Shown: positions 49,990-61,452 of the stretch, piece after piece
How the letters are laid out: every line of letters begins with the position of its first letter
Numbering within the stretch: position 1 is the first letter of the stretch
Assembly: GCA_965228475.1 (NCBI GenBank)
Contig: OZ245817.1
Coordinates: forward strand, 4,192,001 to 4,256,000
Direction: 5' to 3'
DNA from: Myxococcota bacterium
Lineage (GTDB): Bacteria; Myxococcota_A; UBA9160; JAFDDA01
DNA: 64,000 bases
Notes under the pieces: model-generated
What the model was told of the DNA's origin: nothing
Databases searched by the model: none
What the model saw: the letters and a program-made list of their open reading frames with translations, nothing else
Made by a program: the position numbers and the translations under genes

Positions 49990-50714
49990 TTCGAGGCTTC
50001 CGCGGCCTCCCAGTCTGCCAGCAGGCGCGAGCGGACGACCTCGGTCCACAGCGCGTAGCCCTCGTCGCTCAGGTGCAGACCGTCGAAGACGAACAGCTCG
50101 CGCCGCGGCTGCCCGTCGGGCCCGAGCATCGGGGTGGCCACGTCGAGGTAGGTCCGGCGCGGCGTCGCGTTGCAGCGCTTCTCGATGGCGGCGTTCGCGC
50201 GCTCCATCTCGGGCCAGCGATCGATGCGCAGCTTCGAGGGCTTGATCGCGATGAAGTAGAGGTGGGCCTCGGGAAGCGTCCGGCGCACGAGGCGGTCGAG
50301 CGCATCGTAGGCCGCGACCACGTCTTCGACGGTCTTTCCACCCCCGGAGGAGAGGTCGTTGTCCCCGGCGTAGACGACGACGGCGCGCGGCTCGTGCACG
50401 TAGATCAGGCGCTCGTAGTAGTGCACCACGTGGGCGAGGTGCGACCCCCCGAAGCCGCGGTTCAAGACGGGCAGCGGCGCCATGTCCTCCGCGAGACCGT
50501 CCCAGAGGCGGATGCTCGAACTCCCGGTGAACACGATGCCGCCCGGAACGGGCGGGGTCTCGGCATCCGCTTCGGCGAAGGCGGCGATGTCGTCCACCCA
50601 GAAGTCCGGGTCGACGGAGCGCGCCTGGTAGCGCTTGAGCGCGAAGACCGAGCCGAAGCCGGCCACCAGCAGGGCCAGGGCCACGGCCCACGCGATGCGA
50701 ACCCCTCGGGACAT
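49986..50714 (-). CDS. GDSL/SGNH esterase
   Basis: [28 protein letters not shown]. Confidence 0.9.
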   Translation of the reverse strand: MSRGVRIAWAVALALLVAGFGSVFALKRYQARSVDPDFWVDDIAAFAEADAETPPVPGGIVFTGSSSIRLWDGLAEDMAPLPVLNRGFGGSHLAHVVHYYERLIYVHEPRAVVVYAGDNDLSSGGGKTVEDVVAAYDALDRLVRRTLPEAHLYFIAIKPSKLRIDRWPEMERANAAIEKRCNATPRRTYLDVATPMLGPDGQPRRELFVFDGLHLSDEGYALWTEVVRSRLLADWEAAEASN

Positions 50715-50741
50715 GCCCCGAGAATACTCGAAGGCGCGGCC

Positions 50742-51554
50742 CTAGAGCGCGCTCGAAACGAGGCTTTCGTCCTCGGAAGCCTCGAGGTGGAGCCCGCACT
50801 CGGCGGCGACCCCGCCGAACCGGGTGTCCCGCTCGTCGGCATCGTCCGCCGTCACCGGGCGGCTCGAGTGCCAATCCCCGACCGTCGCGTAGCCTTCGTC
50901 GAAGAGCGGGTGGTACGGCAGGTCGTGACGCTTCAGATAGGCGTGGACGTCGCGCGTGCTCCAGCGCAGGAGCGGCGAGACCTTGTAGCGCCCTCCCTGG
51001 CGGCCGAGGAGCGGAAGCTCGGCCCGGTGCTCCGTCTGCTGGCCGCGGATGCCGCTCATCCAGGCCGTCGCGCCGAGCTCGGCCAGCGCCCGCTGCATCG
51101 GCTCGACCTTGCGGATGCGGTGGTACTCGGCGAGGGCCTCCGGGGTGCCCTCCTCCCACAGCCGGCCGTGGAGGGCCTCCATGCGAGCCGGGCTCACCTC
51201 GGCCTGGGCCACGTGGAGGTTCAGGTCGAGGCGCTTCGCGAGGCTCTCGGCGAAGCGATAGGTCTCGGCCGGCAGGTAGCCCGTGTCGACCCAGACCACG
51301 GGGATCTTCGGCGCCTGCTCGGTCGCCAGGTGCAGGAGCGCGGCGGACTGGATGCCGAAGCTCGTGCTCAGCACGAGCCCCTCGCCGAACGTCTCCGCCG
51401 ACCAGGCCACGAAGCGCTCCGCGGAGAGGGTCTCCAGGCACTCGTTCAGGGCGAGCAGGTCCGTCGGCGGCCCGGCCGCCTCGGGGCGAAGCCCCGGGCA
51501 GGGCTCCGCGGGCGAGGAGGCGCTCTCGAGGGTTTCTTGGATCTCGGCGGTCAT
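50742..51554 (-). CDS. cysH: Phosphoadenylyl-sulfate (PAPS) reductase
   Basis: [31 protein letters not shown]; lacks the CC/CxxC Fe-S cysteines of APS reductases. Confidence 0.92.
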   Translation of the reverse strand: MTAEIQETLESASSPAEPCPGLRPEAAGPPTDLLALNECLETLSAERFVAWSAETFGEGLVLSTSFGIQSAALLHLATEQAPKIPVVWVDTGYLPAETYRFAESLAKRLDLNLHVAQAEVSPARMEALHGRLWEEGTPEALAEYHRIRKVEPMQRALAELGATAWMSGIRGQQTEHRAELPLLGRQGGRYKVSPLLRWSTRDVHAYLKRHDLPYHPLFDEGYATVGDWHSSRPVTADDADERDTRFGGVAAECGLHLEASEDESLVSSAL

Positions 51555-51634
51555 GGGGCTCTCCCGGCGCGCCCCGTTCCGATGCCGGTCCCCCGGGAAG
51601 GTTTCGCTCCGTCCCTCCGGGTGCCTGGGCGGCC

Positions 51635-53611
51635 CTAGGGCAGCCCCGCGGCCGGTCCCGGGCGCCCGTCCATGAAACCCATGACGAACCACAGGAAATC
51701 GTCGACGTTGACGAAGCCGTCCCCGGTCATGTCGGTGCCCGACCCGGGCGTGCCGGCCCGGAAATCCGGGAGGAACACCAGGAAATCGTCCACGTTGCAG
51801 AAGCCGTCGCCGGTGAAGTCGCAATCGCAGACGTCCCCGTAGCCGTCGCCATCGGAATCGACCTGATCGTTCGGCCCGGCGTCCGGCCCGTTCGGCTTCA
51901 GCGTGCAGTTGTCCTCGGCGTCCGGCGAGCCGTCCCCGTCCGTGTCTTCGAAGCAGCCGGGCAGAACGCACTCGCCCTCGTGGGCGACCGGAACCCCGGC
52001 GCAGCGGGCCTCGCAGGTGTTCCCGTAGGTCTGCCCGTCCTCCCCGCAGACCGGGTCGTAGACGTCGGGGCACACGCACGGCAGGCACTGCCCGCCCTCG
52101 CACACCGTGCCGCGCGGGCAGTCGCCGTCGTTGCGACAGCGATCGAGGCACTCGCCCTCGTAGCGGACGGGCACGTGTGCGCAGCGGGCGAAGCAGGCGT
52201 TGGCGTAGGTCGAGCCGTCGACGCCGCAGACCGGGTCGTAGATCTGGGGGCAGGCGCAGATCTCGCAGGAGCCCTCGTCGCAGACCCGACCGACGGCGCA
52301 GTCCGCGTCGTCGCGGCACTCGCTCCGGCACTCGCCCTCGAAGGCGATCTCCACCCGGGCGCAGCGGGCTTCGCAGGTATTCCCGTAGGTCGTGCCGTCG
52401 ACGCCGCAGACGGGGTCGTAGACGTCCGGGCAGACGCACGGCTGGCAGCCGCTCTCGCCGCAGATCTGACCGAGCGGGCAGTCCGCGTCGTCGCGGCAGT
52501 CCGATCCGCACTCGCCCTCGAAGGCGACTTCGACGTGCGCGCAGGAGGCGAAGCACGCGTTCGCATAGGTCTGCCCGTCGGCGCCACAGACCGGCGCGTA
52601 CACCTGGGGGCAGGCGCAGAGCACGCACTCGCCGTCATCGCAGACGTCGCCGCGGGCGCAGTCGGTGTCCTCCGTGCAGGTCTCGCAGGCGCCGTCGTAC
52701 TCGACGGTGGCGCCGTTGCAGTGGGCGTCGGGCTCGCCACAGAAGTAGGTCTCCCCGTCGCTCCCGCAGACCGGATCGGCCACGAAGCACGCGATCGAGC
52801 ACGGCGGCCGGCACTCGAGCGTCGGCGGGTAGCAGATCTCGCCGTCCGGGCAGTCCCCGTTGGCGCTGCACTCGGGCTCGGCTTCGCAGCCGCCCTCGCT
52901 CGCGACCTCGGTGCCCGCGCACTGGGCCTGGCAGGCGTTGGGATAGGTCTCGCCATCGGCACCGCACACCGGCGCGTAGACCTGCGGACAGACGCAGGGC
53001 GCTTCGCACGGCCCTTCGAAGGCGACCTCGGCGCCGTTGCAGTGGGCGTCGGGCTCACCGCAGAAGTACGTCACGCCATCGTCCCCGCAGACCGGGTCGG
53101 GCGCCACGCAGGCGATCTGGCAGGCGGACTGACACTGGTCCGTCGGCGGGTAGCAGATCTCGCCGCGGCCACAGTCTTCGTTGCCACGACAGGGCGGCTC
53201 GCGGCAGGTCCCCTCGTGCGCGACCTCGACCTCGGCGCAGCGGGCCTCGCAGGCGTTCGCGTAGGTCACGCCATCCTCGCCGCAGACCGGGGCGTAGATG
53301 CGCGGGCAGATGCAGTCGCGGTCGCAGGGGCCTTCGGAGACGACCTCGGCGCCGTTGCAGTTCGCGTCGGCCTCGCCGCAGAAGTAGGTGACGCCGTCGT
53401 CGCCGCAGACCGGATCCGGAACCAGGCAGGCGATCTGGCAGGGGGGCTGGCACTGGTCCGTCGGCGGGTAGCAGATCTCGCCCTCGGGGCAGTCGACTTC
53501 GTCGCGGCAGAGCTCCGGGCAGATCTCCCCGCTCTGCGCCGCGGCCGGCGCCGCAGCCCACAGGAGAGCGGCCGAAAGAACGAAGGCGAAGCGAACGAGG
53601 AGCGTTGCCAT
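51635..53611 (-). CDS. Secreted Cys-rich protein with nine Kazal-type domains and a TSP3/EF-hand dockerin-like tail
   Basis: Signal peptide; nine PVCG-xDG-xTY repeats; CxxDxDCxxGxxC spacers; [21 protein letters not shown], and twin D(F/M)TGDGFxNVDDF. Confidence 0.88.
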   Translation of the reverse strand: MATLLVRFAFVLSAALLWAAAPAAAQSGEICPELCRDEVDCPEGEICYPPTDQCQPPCQIACLVPDPVCGDDGVTYFCGEADANCNGAEVVSEGPCDRDCICPRIYAPVCGEDGVTYANACEARCAEVEVAHEGTCREPPCRGNEDCGRGEICYPPTDQCQSACQIACVAPDPVCGDDGVTYFCGEPDAHCNGAEVAFEGPCEAPCVCPQVYAPVCGADGETYPNACQAQCAGTEVASEGGCEAEPECSANGDCPDGEICYPPTLECRPPCSIACFVADPVCGSDGETYFCGEPDAHCNGATVEYDGACETCTEDTDCARGDVCDDGECVLCACPQVYAPVCGADGQTYANACFASCAHVEVAFEGECGSDCRDDADCPLGQICGESGCQPCVCPDVYDPVCGVDGTTYGNTCEARCARVEIAFEGECRSECRDDADCAVGRVCDEGSCEICACPQIYDPVCGVDGSTYANACFARCAHVPVRYEGECLDRCRNDGDCPRGTVCEGGQCLPCVCPDVYDPVCGEDGQTYGNTCEARCAGVPVAHEGECVLPGCFEDTDGDGSPDAEDNCTLKPNGPDAGPNDQVDSDGDGYGDVCDCDFTGDGFCNVDDFLVFLPDFRAGTPGSGTDMTGDGFVNVDDFLWFVMGFMDGRPGPAAGLP

Positions 53612-53760
53612 GGCGAGGACCTCCAGCCCGGGACCGGTCCGCCCCATCCTACAGAGGAACGGGGGCCCGCGTCGCAGCGAGGGTGGGCACGGCCCGGGCG
53701 GACGCGGACCCTGGCCCCGGGGGGTGCCGACCGGCGAGGCGAGGCTAGGCTCCGGTCGCC

Positions 53761-54795
53761 GTGAGCGACTCCCTCGACATCACCCGGCCCGACGACTGGC
53801 ACCTGCACCTGCGCGACGGGGCGCTGCTGGCGCGCGTGCTCCCGGCCACGGCGCGGCGCTTCGGCCGGGCCATCGTGATGCCGAACCTCGACCCGCCCGT
53901 CCGCACCGTCGAGGAGGCCGACTCCTACCGCGGCCGGATCCTCGCTGCGCTCCCGCCGGACGCGAGCTTCGAGCCGCTGATGACGCTCTACCTGACGCCG
54001 GAGACCTCCCCCGAGGAGATCCGCCAGGCCCGCGCCTCGGGCTTCGTCCACGGGGTGAAGCTCTACCCGAAGGGCGCGACCACCCACTCCGACGCCGGGG
54101 TGTCCGGCCTCGAGGACGTCTACCCGGTGCTCGAAGCGCTCGAGCGCGAGGGCCTGCCGCTCCTCGTCCACGGCGAGGTGACGGACCCCGAATGCGACGT
54201 CTTCGACCGCGAGCGCGTCTTCCTCGAACGGTCCCTCGTGCCGACCGTCGAGCGCTTCGGCGGGCTGCGGGTCGTGTTCGAGCACATCACGACGGCCGAG
54301 GCGGCGGCCTACGTCCGGGAGGCGCCGGAGCGCGTGGCGGCCACGATCACGCCGCAGCACCTGCTCGAGAATCGCAACGCGCTCTTCGAAGGAGGCCTGC
54401 GGCCGCACCACTACTGCCTTCCGGTCCTGAAGCGCGAACGCGACCGGCGGGCCCTCGTCGAAGCGGCGACCTCCGGCGATCCGCACTTCTTCCTCGGCAC
54501 GGACAGCGCGCCCCACGTCCGGGCCACGAAGGAGACCGCGTGCGGCTGCGCCGGCATCTACAGCGCGCCCGTCGCCCTCGAGCTCTACGCCGAAGCGTTC
54601 GACCGCGCGGGGCGAATCGAACGCCTCGAAGGTTTCGCGAGCCACTTCGGTGCCGACTTCTACGGGCTGCCTCGCAACCGGGAGCGGACCCGGCTCGTTC
54701 GCCGGACGATGCGCGTCCCGGAAGCGAAGCCCGACGCGGAGGCCCTCGAGGTCTTCTACGCCGGGCGAGACCTCCGCTGGCAGGTCGCCGGCTAG
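53761..54795 (+). CDS. pyrC: Dihydroorotase (homodimeric type)
   Basis: PDDWHLHLRDG, VMPNL, KLYP, HGEV, EHIT, GTDSAPH. Confidence 0.96.
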   Translation: MSDSLDITRPDDWHLHLRDGALLARVLPATARRFGRAIVMPNLDPPVRTVEEADSYRGRILAALPPDASFEPLMTLYLTPETSPEEIRQARASGFVHGVKLYPKGATTHSDAGVSGLEDVYPVLEALEREGLPLLVHGEVTDPECDVFDRERVFLERSLVPTVERFGGLRVVFEHITTAEAAAYVREAPERVAATITPQHLLENRNALFEGGLRPHHYCLPVLKRERDRRALVEAATSGDPHFFLGTDSAPHVRATKETACGCAGIYSAPVALELYAEAFDRAGRIERLEGFASHFGADFYGLPRNRERTRLVRRTMRVPEAKPDAEALEVFYAGRDLRWQVAG

Positions 54796-55716
54796 ATGGA
54801 GTACGCGGAGGTCGAACACACGCTCGCGTCCCTGCAGCTCGCCCTGGCCATGCTCGGGATGGGAGCGCTGCTCGCGCCGCGCGATTTCCAGAGTGTCTTC
54901 AAGAAGCCGCGCGGGCTCTGGGCGGGCCTCTTCTCCCAGCTCGTCGCGGTCCCGGCGGTCGCTTCGCTCCTCGCCTGGGCGCTGCCCCTCGAGCCGGGGA
55001 TGATGGCTGGCATGATCCTCGTCGCGGCCATCCCGGGCGGCACGATGTCGAACCTGATCACCTACCTCGGCCACGGGAACATCGCGCTCTCGATCGCACT
55101 GACCTCGATCACCACGGTCGCCGCACTCGTGACGACGCCGGCACTCCTGCGGCTGCTGGCCGGCGCGCACCTGCCGCCGGAGTTCGAGATGCCCGTCGGC
55201 AAGGTCGCCCGCGACATCGCCATCGCACTGCTCTTGCCGCTGTTCATCGGCATGGTCCTCGGGGCGGGGCTGCCCGAACGGCGCCAGGTGATCTCCCGCT
55301 GGGCGATCCGCGGGAGCTTCTTCTTCATCGGGCTCTTGATCATCGGCGCGACCACGAGCGATCGGATCGACCCGGCGCGCTTCGGCCTGCTCGGGCCGGC
55401 CGCGCTCGTCCTGCTCGGCATCTGCTTCGGCGGCTCGGCGTGGCTCGTCTGCCGGGCGGCCGGGATCGCGAGCCACGAGCGCCTCGCGGTCATCGTGGAG
55501 ACCACGCTCCGCAACGGCAACCTCGGCGTGATGGTGAAGGCGTCCCTCTTCCCGGCCGTCGCCGGCCAGATCGATCCGATCGGCGATGCGATGCTCTTCG
55601 CGGTGCTCGTCTACGGCGTCATGGGAGCCTTCTTCGCGGTCCCGCCCACGCTCTGGCACCGCCGCTTCGGAGAACCCTGGCGCGGAGAAGGGCACGCCGC
55701 CCCGACCGCGAACTGA
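54796..55716 (+). CDS. Bile acid:Na+ symporter family transporter
   Basis: AMLGMG, PGGTMSNLIT, GNIALS, multi-TM. Confidence 0.88.
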   Translation: MEYAEVEHTLASLQLALAMLGMGALLAPRDFQSVFKKPRGLWAGLFSQLVAVPAVASLLAWALPLEPGMMAGMILVAAIPGGTMSNLITYLGHGNIALSIALTSITTVAALVTTPALLRLLAGAHLPPEFEMPVGKVARDIAIALLLPLFIGMVLGAGLPERRQVISRWAIRGSFFFIGLLIIGATTSDRIDPARFGLLGPAALVLLGICFGGSAWLVCRAAGIASHERLAVIVETTLRNGNLGVMVKASLFPAVAGQIDPIGDAMLFAVLVYGVMGAFFAVPPTLWHRRFGEPWRGEGHAAPTAN

Positions 55717-55730
55717 CCGGAAGGAGCGCC

Positions 55731-56840
55731 ATGAGCGAAGCCCAGCCCCATCTCGACGCCGCCCGGGACCTCTACTCCCTCGTCGACGAGAACGCCCACG
55801 CGGCGGGCGACGAACCCGTCCCGATGGAGACGATCCAGGCCCTGCGGGATGCGGGGCTCTTCGGCGTGATGTCGCCGCGCGACGTCGGCGGTGCCGAGCT
55901 GCCGATCGTCGAGAGCATCGACGTCTTCACCGAGATCGCCCGCGCGGACGGGTCGGCCGGCTGGTGCCTCATGGCCGGCGCCTCGGCGGCGGCCTACTTC
56001 GGCGCCTACGCCGAGGACGCCTTCACCGAGAAGATGTTCTCGGACGCCGTCCCGCTGGTGGCGGGCCAGTTCGCACCGAACGGCCGCGGCATCGCCGCGG
56101 ACGGCGGCTTCCGCCTCACGGGCAACTACCAGTTCGGGAGCGGGCTCCACTACGCGGAGTGGGTCGGCGCCGGGTTCCTCACGGACGAAGACCCGGCCCG
56201 CTACCTGTTCGGCGTCGTTCCGAAGCCCGAAGTCGAGCTGCGCGGGAACTGGGACGTGCTCGGGCTGACCGCCACCGCGAGCTGGGACTACGCGATCGAG
56301 GACGCCTTCGTGCCCGAGGATGCGACGTTCCTCTTCGCCGCCCCGACCCGGCGGCGCGGGGGCCCGGTCTACGAGCTCGGCGTGATCGCCCAGACCGCGG
56401 CCGGCCACGCCGGCTTCGCCCTCGGCGTCGTCCGCCGCGCCCTCGACGAGCTGCGCACGATCTCGAAGACGAAGGTACGCATGGGCGCGGGGAGCTTCCT
56501 CAAGGACGACGAGCGCTTCCTCCACGCCCTGGGAACGCTCGAATCGCGCTACCGCGCGATCCGGTCCTGGACCCGGGACGGCTTCGCGCGGCTCGAGCGC
56601 GCCGCCGTCGAGACCGGAAGGCTCGACCTCGCCGGGAACGTCGAAGTGCGCCAGGCGACGGTCCACGCCACCCAGGAGGGCGCCGACATCGTTCGCGAAG
56701 CCTACCTGCTGGCGGGGACGAGTGCGCTGCGGGACGGGCCGCTCTCACGCTGCTTCCGCGATCTCCACGCCGGAAGCCAGCACTTCTTCGCGAGCCCGGC
56801 CTCGACGCTCGACTTCGCGCGCGGCCTGGTGGCGGAGTAG
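55731..56840 (+). CDS. Acyl-CoA dehydrogenase-fold flavin-dependent monooxygenase (HsaA-like)
   Basis: ATG after AAGGAG; ADGSAGW, YQFGSG, WDVLGLTATAS, RCFRDLHAGSQH. Confidence 0.85.
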   Translation: MSEAQPHLDAARDLYSLVDENAHAAGDEPVPMETIQALRDAGLFGVMSPRDVGGAELPIVESIDVFTEIARADGSAGWCLMAGASAAAYFGAYAEDAFTEKMFSDAVPLVAGQFAPNGRGIAADGGFRLTGNYQFGSGLHYAEWVGAGFLTDEDPARYLFGVVPKPEVELRGNWDVLGLTATASWDYAIEDAFVPEDATFLFAAPTRRRGGPVYELGVIAQTAAGHAGFALGVVRRALDELRTISKTKVRMGAGSFLKDDERFLHALGTLESRYRAIRSWTRDGFARLERAAVETGRLDLAGNVEVRQATVHATQEGADIVREAYLLAGTSALRDGPLSRCFRDLHAGSQHFFASPASTLDFARGLVAE

Positions 56841-56847
56841 CGGAGCG

Positions 56848-57348
56848 CTACGGCAGCCAGCGGAAGCTGTCCATCGCGCGGGCGAAGGACAGGTACTGCC
56901 GGTCGAAGTCTTCCTCGGGCGCCAGGCACTGCACGCTCACGGCCACGCCTTCGCGAACGAAGTGGAGCTCGGTGTTGCGGAAGCGCGTGCCGGCCACCTT
57001 CATGCGGGATTCGCTGCGGTAACCGTCGATGCCTCCGACCCGGGCCGGATCGTGGGACATCCGCTCGTAGCCCGCGCCGCGCCCGCGCTTCTCCGCGTGC
57101 TTCATCAGCTCGCGGGCATCGACGCTCTCCGGAACGTCCTGGACGAGCACGACGCAGCTGCTCTCGAGGGACGCATCGGCCACGGCGAAGGTCGACATCG
57201 GGACCTTCGTCTCCTCGAAGCCGCTCGGGAGCTCGATCTCGAACCCGGCCTCCCCGTTGCGGTAGACCCCGTCCGTGAAGGAGTCCGCATCGATCCGGAT
57301 CCACATCACGCCGAGCAGAACGAACATCGCGAGCAGGACGGGCTTCAT
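56848..57348 (-). CDS. Exported hypothetical protein (PsbP/Mog1-like)
   Basis: N-terminal hydrophobic signal; GFEIELPSGF start and AMDSFRW end are typical of this fold. Confidence 0.6.
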   Translation of the reverse strand: MKPVLLAMFVLLGVMWIRIDADSFTDGVYRNGEAGFEIELPSGFEETKVPMSTFAVADASLESSCVVLVQDVPESVDARELMKHAEKRGRGAGYERMSHDPARVGGIDGYRSESRMKVAGTRFRNTELHFVREGVAVSVQCLAPEEDFDRQYLSFARAMDSFRWLP

Positions 57349-57430
57349 CCCCTACAAAGCGGCCGACGGAGCCCCGACTTGAGCCCCGGCCCCGAACGCC
57401 TGGGAAGGTCGCGGACGCTATGGTCCGGCC

Positions 57431-58357
57431 ATGAACGAAGGCATCCCCTTCGCCGGCAGCCCCCTCGACCGGGTTTCGGTCGAGCGACGAGACCGCAACT
57501 GGCTCGACAAACTGCGCGGCGACCCGACCACCCGCTATCTGCCCCTCTGGAAGCTCGAGCCGCTCGTGAAGTCGGCCACCGGGGAAGACCCGAGGCGCCT
57601 CGCCTGGGCCACCGACGCGCTGCTCGAAAGCATCGACCCGGAACCCCAGGTGGTGCTGCTCGGCATGGCCGACGGTGCCGCGCACTTCGCCGTGGACGTC
57701 TCCGCCGTCGCGGACCCCCTCGAAACCTTCGGCCTCACCGGAAGCGCGACCTTCGAAGACCTGCGCGGAGCCGCGCTGCTGCTCGACCTCGGCGACACCG
57801 CGATCGCCGCCCAGGCGCGATCGCTCATCGATTGGCATGCGCGCCACCGGTTCTGTGCGGTCTGCGGCGGCACGACCGTCTCCGAGATGGGCGGCGCCCA
57901 CCGGCGCTGCATCGCTTGCAGCGCGGAGCACTTCCCCCGGACGGACCCGGTGGGGATCGCGGTCGTGGCGCGCGGCGGACGCTGCCTGCTCGGCCGCAAC
58001 AAGGGCTGGCCGCCCAACATGTTCTCGGCGCTGGCCGGCTTCATCGAACCCGGGGAGACCCTCGAAGAGGGCGTGCGGCGCGAGATCTTCGAGGAGGCCG
58101 GCGTCCGGATCGGCGCGGTCCGCTACGTGCGCTCCCAGCCCTGGCCGTTCCCCTCTTCGCTGATGATCGGCTGCATCGCGGAGGCGGAGAGCGAGGCGAT
58201 CCAGATCGACCCGGCCGAGATCGAGGAGGCGCGCTGGTTCTCCCTCGAGGAAGTGCGGGCCGCCCTCGCCGGGAGCACAGACCCCCTGGCCGTCCCGCCG
58301 CCCTTCGCCATCGCCCACCACCTGATCCGAGCCTGGGCCGAGACGTTCGAGGGCTAG
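57431..58357 (+). CDS. nudC: NAD(H) diphosphatase NudC
   Basis: Zn ribbon CAVCG...CIAC, FPRTDP, Nudix box GETLEEGVRREIFEEAG, SQPWPFPSS. Confidence 0.95.
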   Translation: MNEGIPFAGSPLDRVSVERRDRNWLDKLRGDPTTRYLPLWKLEPLVKSATGEDPRRLAWATDALLESIDPEPQVVLLGMADGAAHFAVDVSAVADPLETFGLTGSATFEDLRGAALLLDLGDTAIAAQARSLIDWHARHRFCAVCGGTTVSEMGGAHRRCIACSAEHFPRTDPVGIAVVARGGRCLLGRNKGWPPNMFSALAGFIEPGETLEEGVRREIFEEAGVRIGAVRYVRSQPWPFPSSLMIGCIAEAESEAIQIDPAEIEEARWFSLEEVRAALAGSTDPLAVPPPFAIAHHLIRAWAETFEG

Positions 58358-58411
58358 GTGGCCGGCTGGTTCGAGACGTTCGGGGGCTAGGTGGCCGGCT
58401 GGTTCGAGACG
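58339..58411 (+). repeat. 33-bp tandem duplication spanning the nudC stop and SNF2 start
   Basis: CGAGACGTTCG(A/G)GGGCTAGGTGGCCGGCTGGTT twice (58339-58371, 58372-58404) plus a partial CGAGACG. Confidence 0.9.
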
Positions 58412-61321
58412 ATCCGCAGCGAGTTCTCGCGCCCGGTCTGGTCGCGGGGCGTCGAGCTCGTGCGGGCGGAAGCCGTCGTCGCCGAACGGGTCGAGGAGGA
58501 CGAAGCGGCCTTCCGCGTGACCAACCCGGACGGGCTGCTCACGCCGAGCGTCGTGCTCTACCTCGACGACGCCGCCTGGGATTGCGACTGCCCCGGCGTC
58601 GAGGACCCCTGCGAACACGTCGCGGCCGCCGCCATCGTCCTGAACCGCGCGCGCAAGCAGGGCGTCGAGCTCCCGACGGGCGCCGAGGCCGGGGGCGGCG
58701 CGCGCGTCCGGTACCACTTCCTCCGCGAAGGCAACGGCCTCGCCTTCGAACGCCGCGTCGTCGAGGGCGAGGACGAGACCCGGATCGATACGAGCCTGAA
58801 ACAGATCGCCGGAACCCGGCGCGTGATGGTGACCGACAGCGACCTCGCCGCCGAGCGCGCGCTCGCGGCGTCGAGCCTCCTCTCGGGACGGGGCCACCCG
58901 AACTCGACGGGCTACGCGCGCATCCTCCCGGCCCTGGCCGGCTGCGAGGACGTACGGCTCGACGGCCTGCCGATCCGCGTCTCCGAGGAACCGCTCCTGC
59001 CCCACGGCCGGATCGAGGACGACGGCGACGGCTTCCGGCTCTCGGTGGGCCCGGACCCGAGCATCACCGAGACCTTCGTCGGGCGTGTGGCGCTTTGCGG
59101 CGACGTCCTGCGGCCGGTCCGCCAGAGCCTGCTCACCGGACGCGAACTCGCGGAGCTCCCGGGCGGTCGGCACTTCCCGCCGGAGCGCGCGATGGAACTC
59201 GCCGCCGAGGTCCTTCCCGATCTCGAACGCCGCATCCCGGTCGACGTGCGGACGACGCGGCTCCCGAAGACCGGCCCGGCCGAGCCGCCGCGGGTGCGCG
59301 TCGAGACCCGGCGCGACGGCGACGCTCTCGTCGCACGCGTCGACCTCGTCTACGGCGACCCGCCGCGGGCGCGCATCGAGAACGGCCGGCTCGTCTCGCT
59401 CGAGGGAGCGGTGCCCATCCGGGACGAGCCGGCGGAGCGCCGCCTCGCCCGCCTCGTCGCCAATCGGCTCGAGCTGCCGATCGGCCGCGAGACGCGGGCC
59501 CACGACCGCGAGGCGCTCGCTCTCGCGAAGCGCATCGAAGGGTTCGACGGCGAGGTGCGCGGGAACGCCCAGGACCAGTTCGTACTCGCTCCGGCCCTCG
59601 TCCCAAAGCTCGATGCGAACCCGGCGGGCTTCGCGCTCGGCTTCGAGACCGAGCCCGGTTCCGCAGGCGAAGGAACTCGCACCGCCGGCGGCGCCTCGGC
59701 GGAAGCCGTTCTTCGCGCCTGGGAGGCGGGCGACTCCCTGGTTCCGCTCCTCGGCGGCGGCTTCGCCCCCCTGCCCGCCGACTGGCTCGAACGCTACGGC
59801 CGCCTCGCCGCCAACCTGCTCGACGCCCGCTCCGAGGGCGGCGCCCTTCCCACCCACGCGCTCCCCGACCTCGGCCGCCTGTGCGAGGCCCTCGACGAAC
59901 CGCCGCCGCCGGAACTCGCCCCGCTCCGCGCCTGCCTCGACGGCTTCGACGGCATTCCCCGGGCCGTGCGCCCGCCCGATCTGACCGCGGAGCTCCGCGG
60001 CTACCAGGAGGCCGGCGTCGACTGGCTCTGCTTCCTGCGCGACGCCGGCCTCGGCGCGCTCCTCGCCGACGACATGGGCCTCGGAAAGACCCTCCAGGTG
60101 CTCTGCGCCCCGCGCGGACGCACGCTCGTGGTCGCGCCGACCTCCGTGCTCCACAACTGGGCCGAGGAGGCACGGCGCTTCCGGCCCGGCCTGCGCGTCG
60201 ACGTCTACCACGGCGCCGGGCGCGCCCTCCGCCCCGAGAGCGACCTCACGCTCACCACCTACGCCCTGCTCCGTCTCGACGCGGACGCGCTCGCCGACGT
60301 GGCGTGGGACACGGTCGTGCTCGACGAAGCCCAGGCCATCAAGAACCCGGAGAGCCAGGTCGCCACGGCCGCCGGCCGCCTCACCGCGACCTGGCGCGTC
60401 GCCATGACGGGCACGCCCGTCGAGAACCGTCTCGAAGAACTCTGGAGCCAGATCCACTTCACGAACCCGGGCCTGCTCGGCAGCCGCCGGCGCTTCCAGG
60501 AGCGTTACGCCCGGCCGATCGCGGACGGCGATGCCGGCGTCGCCGAGGAGCTCCGCACGCGAACCCGGCCCTTCATCCTGCGCCGCAAGAAGAAGGACGT
60601 CGCCCCGGAGCTCCCGCCGCGCACCGACCTCGTCCTCCAGTGCGAGCTCGACACCGAAGAGCGCGCGCTCTACGACGCCGTCAAGGCGACGACCCGCAAC
60701 GAGGTCGTCGAGAAGCTGCGCGGCGGAGGCAGCGTACTCGCCGCCCTCGAAGCGCTGCTGCGCCTGCGGCAGGCGGCGTGCCATCGTGGCCTCGTCCCGG
60801 GCCAGGAGGCGGCGACATCCTCGAAGGTCTCTCTCCTTTGCGAGCGCCTCGAGACCGTCGTCGCCGACGGCCACAAAGCGCTCGTCTTCTCCCAGTGGAC
60901 CGGCCTGCTCGATCGCGTGGAGCCTGCCCTGCGCGGCGCCGACATCGCCTTCACCCGCCTCGACGGCAGCACGCGCGACCGGCAGGGGGTCGTCGCGAGC
61001 TTCCAGCGCGACGACGGCCCGCCCGTCCTGCTGATCTCCCTGCGCGCGGGCGGCACCGGGCTGAACCTCACCGCGGCGGACCACGTCTTCCTGCTCGACC
61101 CCTGGTGGAACCCGGCGGTGGAAGAGCAGGCCGCGGACCGGACCCACCGGATCGGACAGACACGCCCGGTCTTCGTGCATCGCCTGGTCGCGCGCGACAC
61201 GGTGGAGGAGCGCATCCTCGCCCTCCAGGACCGCAAGCGGGCGCTGGCCGAGGCGGCCCTCGGGGGAGCGGACGCCGGCGCCGGGATCAGCCGGGACGAC
61301 CTCCTGGCGCTCCTCGAGTAG
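58391..61321 (+). CDS. SWIM zinc-finger SNF2-family helicase
   Basis: [53 protein letters not shown]. Confidence 0.93.
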   Translation: MAGWFETIRSEFSRPVWSRGVELVRAEAVVAERVEEDEAAFRVTNPDGLLTPSVVLYLDDAAWDCDCPGVEDPCEHVAAAAIVLNRARKQGVELPTGAEAGGGARVRYHFLREGNGLAFERRVVEGEDETRIDTSLKQIAGTRRVMVTDSDLAAERALAASSLLSGRGHPNSTGYARILPALAGCEDVRLDGLPIRVSEEPLLPHGRIEDDGDGFRLSVGPDPSITETFVGRVALCGDVLRPVRQSLLTGRELAELPGGRHFPPERAMELAAEVLPDLERRIPVDVRTTRLPKTGPAEPPRVRVETRRDGDALVARVDLVYGDPPRARIENGRLVSLEGAVPIRDEPAERRLARLVANRLELPIGRETRAHDREALALAKRIEGFDGEVRGNAQDQFVLAPALVPKLDANPAGFALGFETEPGSAGEGTRTAGGASAEAVLRAWEAGDSLVPLLGGGFAPLPADWLERYGRLAANLLDARSEGGALPTHALPDLGRLCEALDEPPPPELAPLRACLDGFDGIPRAVRPPDLTAELRGYQEAGVDWLCFLRDAGLGALLADDMGLGKTLQVLCAPRGRTLVVAPTSVLHNWAEEARRFRPGLRVDVYHGAGRALRPESDLTLTTYALLRLDADALADVAWDTVVLDEAQAIKNPESQVATAAGRLTATWRVAMTGTPVENRLEELWSQIHFTNPGLLGSRRRFQERYARPIADGDAGVAEELRTRTRPFILRRKKKDVAPELPPRTDLVLQCELDTEERALYDAVKATTRNEVVEKLRGGGSVLAALEALLRLRQAACHRGLVPGQEAATSSKVSLLCERLETVVADGHKALVFSQWTGLLDRVEPALRGADIAFTRLDGSTRDRQGVVASFQRDDGPPVLLISLRAGGTGLNLTAADHVFLLDPWWNPAVEEQAADRTHRIGQTRPVFVHRLVARDTVEERILALQDRKRALAEAALGGADAGAGISRDDLLALLE

Positions 61322-61452
61322 CGCGGCGGACCGCCCCCGCGGGCATCGTGTTCGCCCCCGCGAAATGAAGCGAGCGACTCATTTGCTCGCCCGCGGGGAA
61401 AGTGTGGCCTACGTCACGGAACGCGGGTCCGTTTCACTCGTAGGCTCGTCTC

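Noticed and set aside
47467..51441. 1324-aa ORF ending in a PIMT domain, and likewise the 1076-aa ORF 53610-56840 and the 628-aa ORF 50742-52628, as possible fusion proteins
   Set aside because: The N-terminal parts are shadow translations over aidB/GDSL/cysH, pyrC/symporter or the Kazal gene. The real starts with RBS are at 48270, 55731 and 51554.
51960..53530. Regularly recurring DNA repeats (ccgcagaccgg...) as a possible CRISPR array
   Set aside because: They are degenerate, in-frame codon repeats of Kazal domains. There are no identical repeats with unique spacers and no cas genes.
58391..61321. SNF2 helicase (or the STAND-like regulator and macrodomain) as an anti-phage defence system
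   Set aside because: SWIM-SNF2, wHTH-AAA regulators and YmdB-like macrodomains are common stand-alone genes, and no nuclease, DNA methylase or effector partners are adjacent.
56702..61368. Very long alternative-frame ORFs (1492 aa minus, 1548 aa plus), and similar ones such as 8926-11007, 31420-33774, 41032-44265 and 48471-51638
   Set aside because: They are Arg/Pro/Ala-rich shadow frames overlapping genes with clear motifs, as expected from stop-codon scarcity at high GC.
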